Of a stretch of 29,419 bases of DNA, positions 9,200 through 16,057 are shown piece after piece. This DNA is from an uncultured Clostridia bacterium. GTDB taxonomy: Bacteria; Acidobacteriota; Aminicenantia; UBA2199. A model generated the notes under the pieces. The model saw nothing but the letters and a program-made list of their open reading frames with translations, was not told the origin of the DNA and made no database searches. The DNA is taken from the NCBI GenBank assembly GCA_964463405.1, contig CAYXCX010000001.1:1-29419 (forward strand), written 5' to 3'. The translations under genes were made by a program, and so were the position numbers. The number at the start of each line of letters is the position of its first letter. Position 1 is the first letter of the stretch.

Positions 9200-10188
9200 A
9201 CATGAAAAAATGCGCTTGGGCCTCATTCCTGCTGCTGGCGGCGCTCGCGCTGCCGGCGCAGGTGATCAAGATCGGCAGCATGGCCCCCGACCGCTCGCCA
9301 TGGGACGACGCCCTCAAGGAGATCGCCCGCGAATGGGAGAAGATCACACAGGGCCAGGTAAAGCTGAAGATCTACCCCGGCGGCATCGCCGGCGGCGAGG
9401 AGGACACGATCCGCAAGATGAAGGTCGGGACTCTGGGCGGCGCCGTCCTGACCAACATCGGCCTGACCAAGGTCAATCCCGACGCCTTTGTCCTCAGCAC
9501 CCCGTTCCTGTTCCACTCGGAGCAGGAGATGGCCTACGTCATGGAGCGGCTCACCCCGGTCTTCGAGAAGCAGATCGAGGAGAAAGGATTCAAGGTGGTC
9601 ATCTGGACCATGAGCGGCTGGGTGAATTTTTTCTCCAAGGCTCCGGTCCTCTATCCCCGCGACCTGAAGCCCCAGAAGCTGGCCATCAGCACCGGCGAGC
9701 CGGAGATGGAGCAGGCCTGGAAAAAATCGGGGTACCACATCGTGCCCAACGAGCTGAAGGACCTGATGATGGCGCTGCAGAGCGGCATGGTCGACGCCTT
9801 CTACCTGCCGCCATTGGTAGCCGGCTCTGGGCAGTACTTCGGCCTGGCTCGCCACATGAACTCGCTGAAAATCGCCCCGCTGGTCGGCGGGCTGGTGATC
9901 GTGGACCGCATCTGGAAGCGGATCCCCGACGTCCACAAGCCGGCCATGCAGGCCGTGGTGCAGCGCGTCTCCCGCAAGCTGGGCGGCGAAACCGATGCCC
10001 TGGAGCGGAAGGCCTTGGAATCGATGAAGAAGAACGGCCTTGTCATCCATGAACCCCCGGCCGACAGCCTGGCCCTGTGGAAGGAGACCGCCGAGCAGGG
10101 GATGGACGAACTGGTGGGCAAGGTCTTCAGCCGCGAGATCTATGACAGGCTGCTGGCCCTGCTCCAAGAATACAGGCAGAAAAAATGA
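9196..10188 (+). CDS. tatP: TRAP substrate-binding protein (DctP/TatP)
   Basis: Signal peptide then IKIGSMAPDRSPW; LKIYPGGIAGGE, PFLF and ALQSGMVDA motifs. ATGA overlap with tatT; ATG 9202 has better SD spacing. Confidence 0.9.
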   Translation: MNMKKCAWASFLLLAALALPAQVIKIGSMAPDRSPWDDALKEIAREWEKITQGQVKLKIYPGGIAGGEEDTIRKMKVGTLGGAVLTNIGLTKVNPDAFVLSTPFLFHSEQEMAYVMERLTPVFEKQIEEKGFKVVIWTMSGWVNFFSKAPVLYPRDLKPQKLAISTGEPEMEQAWKKSGYHIVPNELKDLMMALQSGMVDAFYLPPLVAGSGQYFGLARHMNSLKIAPLVGGLVIVDRIWKRIPDVHKPAMQAVVQRVSRKLGGETDALERKALESMKKNGLVIHEPPADSLALWKETAEQGMDELVGKVFSREIYDRLLALLQEYRQKK

Positions 10189-12053
10189 GCCTGGCCGGGT
10201 TCCGCAAAAATGCGCGCTGGCTGGAATCGCTCCTGGCCTTTCTCGCCATATTCCTGCTAGCGCTGTTCCCCAACCTGGAGGTGATCGCCCGAAAGTTTTT
10301 CCACACCGGGGTGCGCAATTCGACCGAGTTCACCCACCAGCTGGTCCTGGTGCTGGCTTTCATCGGCGCGGCCATCACCAGCCGGGAAAACCGCCACCTC
10401 TCCCTGACGCTGAACTTGAAGATGAAGCCTTCCCTGCTGTCGCGGGTGCAGGTCCTGAACGCCCTCGTCAGCACGGCCTTCGCCGCCGCCTTTGCCTGGT
10501 CGGCCCTCTCGTTCACCCTCAACGCCTTCGACCCGGGCGATGTGCTCTGGCTCATTCCCAAGCGCTGGATCGCCGCCGTCATGCCCCTGGGCTACGGCGT
10601 GGTGGCCTACCGCTTCGCCCGCCAGGCCCCGCGCGCCTGGGGCAAGGCCATCGCCGCCAGCGGTTTTTTGTTCGGCACGCTCCTGGCCCTGGAGCCGGCG
10701 GCCAACAGCGCGGCCGTCCTGGCGCCGGCGGCCGAGGGGCTGCTCCGGCCCCTGCTGCCGGCCTTCGCCTGGATCGGCGCCCACCTCTCCACGCCGATCA
10801 TCCTGCTGCTGCTGTTCGGCGCGGTCACCGGCCTGCCGATCTTCATCGTCCTGGGCGGCATCGGCTTCATGCTGTTCGCCCACGCCGCCCAGCCGCTGGA
10901 GGTGATCGCCAACGAGGCCTATTCCCTGCTGACCAGCCACTCGCTTCCGGCCATACCCCTTTTCACCTTCACCGGCTTTCTCCTCTCCGAGAGCAAGGCC
11001 GGCGAGCGCATCGTCCGCCTCTTCCAGGCGTTCTTCTCCTGGTTCCCGGGCGGACTGGCCCTGGTGGCCATCCTGGTCTGCACTTTTTTCACCACCTTCA
11101 CCGGCGCCTCCGGGGTCACGATCCTGGCCGTGGGCGGCCTCCTCTCCTACGTCCTGGTCCGCGGCGGATACGGGAAAAAATTCAGCTCCGGGCTGCTGAC
11201 CGCCGTGGGCAGCATCGGCCTGCTTTTCCCGCCCAGCTTGCCGGTCATCATCTACGGCGTGACGGCGCAGGTCAGCATCAAGGACATGTTCGTGGGCGGC
11301 ATCGTGCCCGGGATCGTCATGGTGCTGGCCATGGCCCTGCTCGGCATCCTGTACGCCAAGAAGCGGAAAGTCCCCCGCGAGCGCTTCGCCCCGCATGCGG
11401 CGCTGGCGTCGGCCGGCAGCGCCTTCTGGGAGATCCTGCTGCCGGTCATTATCGTCTGGGGGTATTTCGGCGGCATCACCACCCTGGTGGAGAGCGGCGC
11501 CGTAGCCGTCATCTACACGCTGGTGGTCGAGGTCTTGATCCACCGCGACATCAAGCCCCGCGACCTGGCGAACGTCATGCTCAAGTGCATGCCCATCATC
11601 GGCGGCGTGCTGGCCATCCTGGCCCTGGCCAAGGGCCTCTCCTATTATATCGTCGACGCCGAGATCCCCATGCAGCTCACCGCCTGGGTTCAGGGTGCCA
11701 TCCATTCCAAGTACGTGTTCCTGCTGCTGCTCAACCTGGCGCTGCTGGTCACCGGCTGCTTCATGGACATCTTCTCGGCGATCATGGTCGTCGTGCCGCT
11801 GATGATCCCCCTGGGCGACCTGTTCGGCATCCACCCCGTGCATCTGGGGATCATCTTTTTGGCCAACATGGAATTGGGCTACCTGACGCCGCCGGTGGGG
11901 ATGAACCTCTATCTGGCCGCCTACACGTTCAACGAGCCGATCGGCAAGATATACAAGGACGTGTTTCCCTTCCTCATGATCCAGCTGGCGGCGGTCCTGC
12001 TCATCACCTACGTCCCCTTCTTCGCGACCGGGCTGCTGGGCCTTGTAAAATAA
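10185..12053 (+). CDS. dctM: Fused TRAP small+large permease (DctQ-DctM)
   Basis: N-terminal 4-TM DctQ-like part (EVIARKFF...AFIGAA...RHLSL) followed by DctM motifs (AIPLF, GLLFPPSLP, GYLTPPVGMNL); 622 aa. Confidence 0.9.
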   Translation: MSLAGFRKNARWLESLLAFLAIFLLALFPNLEVIARKFFHTGVRNSTEFTHQLVLVLAFIGAAITSRENRHLSLTLNLKMKPSLLSRVQVLNALVSTAFAAAFAWSALSFTLNAFDPGDVLWLIPKRWIAAVMPLGYGVVAYRFARQAPRAWGKAIAASGFLFGTLLALEPAANSAAVLAPAAEGLLRPLLPAFAWIGAHLSTPIILLLLFGAVTGLPIFIVLGGIGFMLFAHAAQPLEVIANEAYSLLTSHSLPAIPLFTFTGFLLSESKAGERIVRLFQAFFSWFPGGLALVAILVCTFFTTFTGASGVTILAVGGLLSYVLVRGGYGKKFSSGLLTAVGSIGLLFPPSLPVIIYGVTAQVSIKDMFVGGIVPGIVMVLAMALLGILYAKKRKVPRERFAPHAALASAGSAFWEILLPVIIVWGYFGGITTLVESGAVAVIYTLVVEVLIHRDIKPRDLANVMLKCMPIIGGVLAILALAKGLSYYIVDAEIPMQLTAWVQGAIHSKYVFLLLLNLALLVTGCFMDIFSAIMVVVPLMIPLGDLFGIHPVHLGIIFLANMELGYLTPPVGMNLYLAAYTFNEPIGKIYKDVFPFLMIQLAAVLLITYVPFFATGLLGLVK

Positions 12054-12107
12054 GCAACTGGCGCAACATCAAACTGTAATCAAAGAACCTCTAAAAGAAA
12101 CGATCTC

Positions 12108-12139
12108 TTAGTGATAGTGATAGTGTTAGTGATAGTAGC
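12108..12139 (+). repeat. Hexamer array copy A, (W)TAGTG x5
   Basis: ttagtg atagtg atagtg ttagtg atagta at 12108-12137, in an AT-rich gap between convergent genes. Confidence 0.85.
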
Positions 12140-12183
12140 GAGCACTGGAACGATCTCTAAAAATATTCGCTAACTGAGTTCGC

Positions 12184-12217
12184 TGATTGCTGTTCCTAAC
12201 ACTAACATTATCACTAT
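12184..12217 (-). repeat. Hexamer array copy B (inverted) with ACAGCAATCA tail
   Basis: The reverse complement reads atagtg ataatg ttagtg ttagga acagcaatca. It is complementary to copy A at 20/22 positions and 29/34 identical to copy C. Confidence 0.85.
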
Positions 12218-12225
12218 TCTTCTGC

Positions 12226-13527
12226 CTATTCGAACTCGGGCGATTCGCCGACCAGCACCGCAATGACCTCGGGCTTGTCGTCGCTCTGCAGGATGAAGCT
12301 GCCCTCGATTCCCGCGATGCGGACGATCGGCGCGCCCTTGGCCGTGTGCGAAAGCCGGACCTCGGGGTACTGCAGGCGCATCTGGTCGAGGGTGCTGCCG
12401 ATGCCGATGCCATCCGCCGTCCGCAAGAGCGGGCTGACGACGGTGATGCCGCAGGCCAGCCCCCCCTTCTCGTACACGTAGAACAGCGGATCGCCGGCCG
12501 GATCGGTGATCTTGAATACGTCGCGGTAGGATTCGCCGACCAGCACTTTGCGCCGCAGGGCGCGCTGGGACTGCGGCAGCTTGCCGGCGATGCTGGCGAC
12601 CGGCGTGTCCAGCGCGACGGCGCCGACCCCGCGGGTGGAAATCAGCAGCCCGGCCTCGACGGGCTTGCCCCAAGGGCGCAGCGGCAGCAGCTGGCCGCGG
12701 AGGATGTTCTGGCCGGAAGGGGCCGGAAGCAGCTTGAATTCGAGGCCGGCGGCCTGCACTTCGGCCAGAACGCCCGCCAAGTCGGCCTTCTGCAACTCCT
12801 GCAGGACGCGGTCAACCGTCCTGATCATCCGTTTTTGCGGGGTAATGACCAAGACCTCGGCTTGGGTTACGGCTCCCTTCTCCAGCTTTTCCAGGGCGGT
12901 CACGCGAAACCCGCGGAATTCGCCTTTCGCCGTCCGCGCCGCCTGCCCGCCGCGGGCCGTCGTCTGCGCGCCGTTCAGGATGCGCACGCGGATGGCCAGC
13001 GCTTCGGCCAGGGCCGCCAGCTGCGGGTCGGCTTCCGGGGCCAGAAGCGGACCCGCCGGCCGCACGGCCAGCGGAACCTCGCCGGCGAAGGGCTCGGCAG
13101 TCAGCACCTGCTGCTCAAAACGCTTCTGGATGAGCGCCTTGCTGCGGGCGACGGCTGCCGCATAGCCATTCGGTTCGCCCGCTTGCTCCTCGGCTTCGGG
13201 CAACGGGCTTGCGGGCCGGACCGGCTCCTCCTTGCCCCCCCCCGAAGTGGCGACGATGACCAGCACCAGCAGCAAGCCCGCGACAGCGGCGATCATCCCC
13301 CAGACGCTCGCCGGCACAGGAGTCCGGGCCGGCCGCGCCGCGTAGGGGCGGTAGGTCGGCTGCGGCCGCGCCGCCGGCTCAGGCCGCCGGGATTGGCCGT
13401 CGTAGATGGTGGCGGGAGCCGGGCGGGTCTCCGCCACCATGGCCTCGGGGGGAAGGTTCAGCGGCGTCTCCGGCGGAGCCGGGGGCGCGCTCGGGTGATT
13501 GGGATCGGGAGGGGTGTTTTCTGCCAT
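12226..13527 (-). CDS. Hypothetical bitopic membrane protein (Pro-rich cytoplasmic N-tail, single TM, two extracytoplasmic domains)
   Basis: GGAG 6 nt before ATG 13527 (alternative 13533). GC-rich coding-like codon use; TM VWGMIAAVAGLLLVLVIVA; C-terminal RTADGIGIGSTL..Y motif. No family recognised. Confidence 0.75.
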   Translation of the reverse strand: MAENTPPDPNHPSAPPAPPETPLNLPPEAMVAETRPAPATIYDGQSRRPEPAARPQPTYRPYAARPARTPVPASVWGMIAAVAGLLLVLVIVATSGGGKEEPVRPASPLPEAEEQAGEPNGYAAAVARSKALIQKRFEQQVLTAEPFAGEVPLAVRPAGPLLAPEADPQLAALAEALAIRVRILNGAQTTARGGQAARTAKGEFRGFRVTALEKLEKGAVTQAEVLVITPQKRMIRTVDRVLQELQKADLAGVLAEVQAAGLEFKLLPAPSGQNILRGQLLPLRPWGKPVEAGLLISTRGVGAVALDTPVASIAGKLPQSQRALRRKVLVGESYRDVFKITDPAGDPLFYVYEKGGLACGITVVSPLLRTADGIGIGSTLDQMRLQYPEVRLSHTAKGAPIVRIAGIEGSFILQSDDKPEVIAVLVGESPEFE

Positions 13528-13543
13528 GCTCATCTCCGGCGAT

Positions 13544-13572
13544 AAAATAGTCCAGCGAGTATTTTTTGTCAA
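13544..13572 (-). promoter_or_regulatory. Sigma70-type promoter for the orphan gene (TTGACA-N17-TATTTT)
   Basis: Perfect TTGACA at 13572-13567, a 17-nt spacer, TAnnnT at 13549-13544. Confidence 0.65.
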
Positions 13573-13598
13573 CGCATAATGGGAGACAAAAAGAAACA

Positions 13599-13636
13599 AG
13601 TGATAGCGATAGTGGTAGTGGTAGTAACAGCAATCA
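13599..13636 (+). repeat. Hexamer array copy C with ACAGCAATCA tail
   Basis: agtg atagcg atagtg gtagtg gtagta acagcaatca; 26/30 identical to copy A (direct orientation) and inverted relative to copy B. Confidence 0.85.
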
Positions 13637-13649
13637 AAGAGCTTGTTCA

Positions 13650-13670
13650 ATAAAACCCTTGGCAAGGGCC
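13650..13670 (-). terminator. Putative intrinsic terminator of the glgA-trx-amrS operon
   Basis: Minus strand GGCCCTT-GCC-AAGGGTT followed by TTATT; about 80 nt downstream of the amrS stop. Confidence 0.45.
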
Positions 13671-13705
13671 TTTCACTTATACCTTTTTACTTTTGCCTTA
13701 TGCCT
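13671..13705. repeat. Degenerate heptamer tandem array (TWTRCCT-like x5)
   Basis: tttcact tatacct ttttact tttgcct tatgcct. Confidence 0.7.
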
Positions 13706-13747
13706 TGAGCGCGGAGCGCGCCTCTGGTTACGCGATACGCTGGCCCA

Positions 13748-14755
13748 TTATTGCCATACCCCGGCCACATGCGCCCCGCAGGCGGAGCAGGCCCCCGCGC
13801 TCAGCCCGGAGGCCGTCACCCGGTAGCCGCGGCGCTCGACCAGCGTTTTCCGGCAGCGCGGGCAACGGGTTTGGCTCCAGCGGTCATCGTCGAAATTACC
13901 CCCGTAAACAAAGCGAAGCCCACGCTGCTCCGCCCTTTCCAGGCAGCGGCGGATGGCTGCGGCCTCGGTCGGCGGCAGGCCGGCCATCTGGTGGCAGGGG
14001 AAAAAGCGCGAAACGTGCCAGGGGACATCGCCGCCCAGGCCGAACAGGAACCCGATCAAGTCCTCTATTTCGGCCGGATCGTCGTTCAGGCCCGGTATCA
14101 GCAGGGTGGTGACCTCGATCCAGATCCCCGCCGCCTTCATGGCGGCGATGGTCTCCAGGACCGGGCCGAGACGGGCGGAGCAATAGCGCTTGTAAAATTC
14201 GTCGCGAAAAGCCTTCAGGTCGATGTTGGCCCCGTCCAAAAACGGGGCGAGCAGCGCCAGGGCCTCGGGACCCAGGTAGCCGTTGCTGACCAGCACGTTG
14301 CGCAAGCCGGCCGCGCGGGCCTGTTGCGCCGTTTCCGCGACCAGTTCAAAAAACACCGTCGGCTCGGTATAAGTATAGGAGATCGAGCGGCAGCCGCCCT
14401 CCCGGGCCAGGGCCACCAGGCGCGCCGGGGTGAGGGCTTCGCCCTTGATGTCCTCTTCCTGCCGAACAACCGACAGGGAGTGGTTCTGGCAGAAGCGGCA
14501 GGAGAAGTTGCAGCCCATGGCGGCGACGGAGAAGGATCGCGATCCGGGCAGGAAATGATAGAGCGGCTTTTTTTCGATGGGATCTATGTTGGCGGCGGCG
14601 ACGCGGCCGGCGTTGAGCGAGATTAGCTGGCCGGCCGCGTTCTTCCTTACCCCGCACAGCCCCCGCTTGCCGGGGGCGATCCGGCATTGGTGGGCGCAGA
14701 GGCGGCAGCGCACCCAGCCGTCGCCCAATTTTTCGCCGAGAACCGCCTGGATCAT
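13748..14755 (-). CDS. amrS: AmmeMemoRadiSam-system radical SAM enzyme (PflA-like)
   Basis: N-terminal CxxCxxxC (CRLCAHQC) plus GLCGVR; DPIEKKPLYHFLPG; radical SAM GCNFSCRFCQN; SYTYTEPT; C-terminal CPRC and CSAC knuckles. Confidence 0.92.
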   Translation of the reverse strand: MIQAVLGEKLGDGWVRCRLCAHQCRIAPGKRGLCGVRKNAAGQLISLNAGRVAAANIDPIEKKPLYHFLPGSRSFSVAAMGCNFSCRFCQNHSLSVVRQEEDIKGEALTPARLVALAREGGCRSISYTYTEPTVFFELVAETAQQARAAGLRNVLVSNGYLGPEALALLAPFLDGANIDLKAFRDEFYKRYCSARLGPVLETIAAMKAAGIWIEVTTLLIPGLNDDPAEIEDLIGFLFGLGGDVPWHVSRFFPCHQMAGLPPTEAAAIRRCLERAEQRGLRFVYGGNFDDDRWSQTRCPRCRKTLVERRGYRVTASGLSAGACSACGAHVAGVWQ

Positions 14756-14813
14756 CGGTCGCGGATGCCGTCAGGGCCGATTGCCGGTCTCATGTCCCTG
14801 CCACTTGGCGCGC

Positions 14814-15740
14814 TCAGTCCAGGGAAGAGAGGTACTCCTCGCAGCTGAGCGCGGCCTGCACGCCCATGCCGGTCGAGATGGCGACCTGGCGGCGGTTGCC
14901 GCGAATGACTTCTCCCGAAACGAACAGCCCCGGGGCTTCGGTTCGCAGCGTGAAGTCGGTCACGACATAGCCGTTCTCGTCGAGCTTCACCAGCCCCTGG
15001 AGCAGCCCGGTGTTGGGGAGGGTGCCGATGGCCAGGAAGGCCCCGTCGCAGGCCATGTCCGCGACGACTCCGGTTTTGATGTTGCGCACCTCGAGGGCCT
15101 CGAGCTTCTGCCCGCCCTTGAAGCGCAGCACTTGCGAATCCCAGACCGGCCTGATTTTTTCGTTGCGGAACACGCGGTCCTGCAGGATCCTCTCGGCGCG
15201 GAACTGGTCGCGGCGATGGATCAGCGCGACCTCGGCGGCGAACTTGGCCAAATGCAGGGCCTCGTAAAGGGCCGTGTCGCCTCCGCCCAGGACGGCGACC
15301 TTCTTGTTCTGGAAAAACGGGGCGTCGCAGGTGGCGCAGACCGACACCCCGCGGCCCAGCAGTTCGTTCTCTCCGGGGACGCCCAGATGGCGGTGCGAGG
15401 AGCCGGCGGCATACAGGATGGCCTTGGCCGTGAAATGGTCCTGGTAGACGTCGATTTGCCAGCCGCCTTCCTCCCGCCTCAGGCCCAGGACCTCGTCGTT
15501 TTCCAGCACAACTCCGTAGCGCTCGGCCTGCTTGGCCATCTGCTCCATCAGGTCGGCGGGAACGATCGGCTCGGCGAAGCCGGGATAATTCTCAATGATA
15601 TCGGAAAAGACGATCTGGCCGCCGAAGACCTTCTTCTCCAGCACCAGGGTCTTGCGCCTGGCGCGGCCGCAATAGATCGCCGCCGCCAGCCCGGCCGGCC
15701 CGCCGCCGACGATGATCACGTCCCAGTTCTTATCCATCAT
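14814..15740 (-). CDS. trxB: Thioredoxin-disulfide reductase
   Basis: GGGPAG FAD motif, IENYPGF, GRGVSVCATCD active site, GGGDTA and HRRDQFRA NADPH motifs. Confidence 0.95.
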   Translation of the reverse strand: MMDKNWDVIIVGGGPAGLAAAIYCGRARRKTLVLEKKVFGGQIVFSDIIENYPGFAEPIVPADLMEQMAKQAERYGVVLENDEVLGLRREEGGWQIDVYQDHFTAKAILYAAGSSHRHLGVPGENELLGRGVSVCATCDAPFFQNKKVAVLGGGDTALYEALHLAKFAAEVALIHRRDQFRAERILQDRVFRNEKIRPVWDSQVLRFKGGQKLEALEVRNIKTGVVADMACDGAFLAIGTLPNTGLLQGLVKLDENGYVVTDFTLRTEAPGLFVSGEVIRGNRRQVAISTGMGVQAALSCEEYLSSLD

Positions 15741-16057
15741 CCCACTTCCCGCAGGGTTTTCTCGATCTGCCCCGGGTTCACGGCGCCGACGATCTGCGTC
15801 TTCACCTGCCCGTCCTTGATGAACAGCAGGGTGGGGAGGGTGCGGACGAAATAGCGGGAAGAGGTCCTGGGATTTTCGTTCACGTTGACCTTCACGACCT
15901 TGACCCGCTGCGCATGGCTGGCGGCGATCTTTTCCAAGCCCGGCTCCATCAGCCGGCAGGGCACGCAGGTCGGGGCCCAGAAATCGACGATGACCATCGG
16001 GCTGCCCTTGATCTGGCTCTCGAAATCGCCGTCGTTGGCCGTGATGATTTCAGACAT
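15737..16057 (-). CDS. trxA: Thioredoxin (atypical TCVPC active site)
   Basis: GGAGG SD before ATG 16057; VDFWAPTCVPC, VKVNVNE and PTLLFIKDG motifs; 106 aa; ATGA overlap with trxB. Confidence 0.9.
   Translation of the reverse strand: MSEIITANDGDFESQIKGSPMVIVDFWAPTCVPCRLMEPGLEKIAASHAQRVKVVKVNVNENPRTSSRYFVRTLPTLLFIKDGQVKTQIVGAVNPGQIEKTLREVG

Noticed and set aside
13528-13665. N-terminal extension of ORF 12226..13665 (CCYYHYHYRYH) and ORF 13566..13826 (SDSDSGSGSNSN)
   Set aside because: These are translations of the hexamer repeat and the promoter region, not real metal-binding or low-complexity peptides.
12054-13745. CRISPR array
   Set aside because: The repeats are contiguous 6-7-mers without unique ~30-nt spacers, and there are no cas genes.
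14756-14813. Selenocysteine read-through extending amrS upstream (in-frame TGA five codons before the ATG)
   Set aside because: AmrS already begins at its family-typical N-terminus, the upstream codons show no homology-like pattern, and no SECIS-like hairpin is evident.
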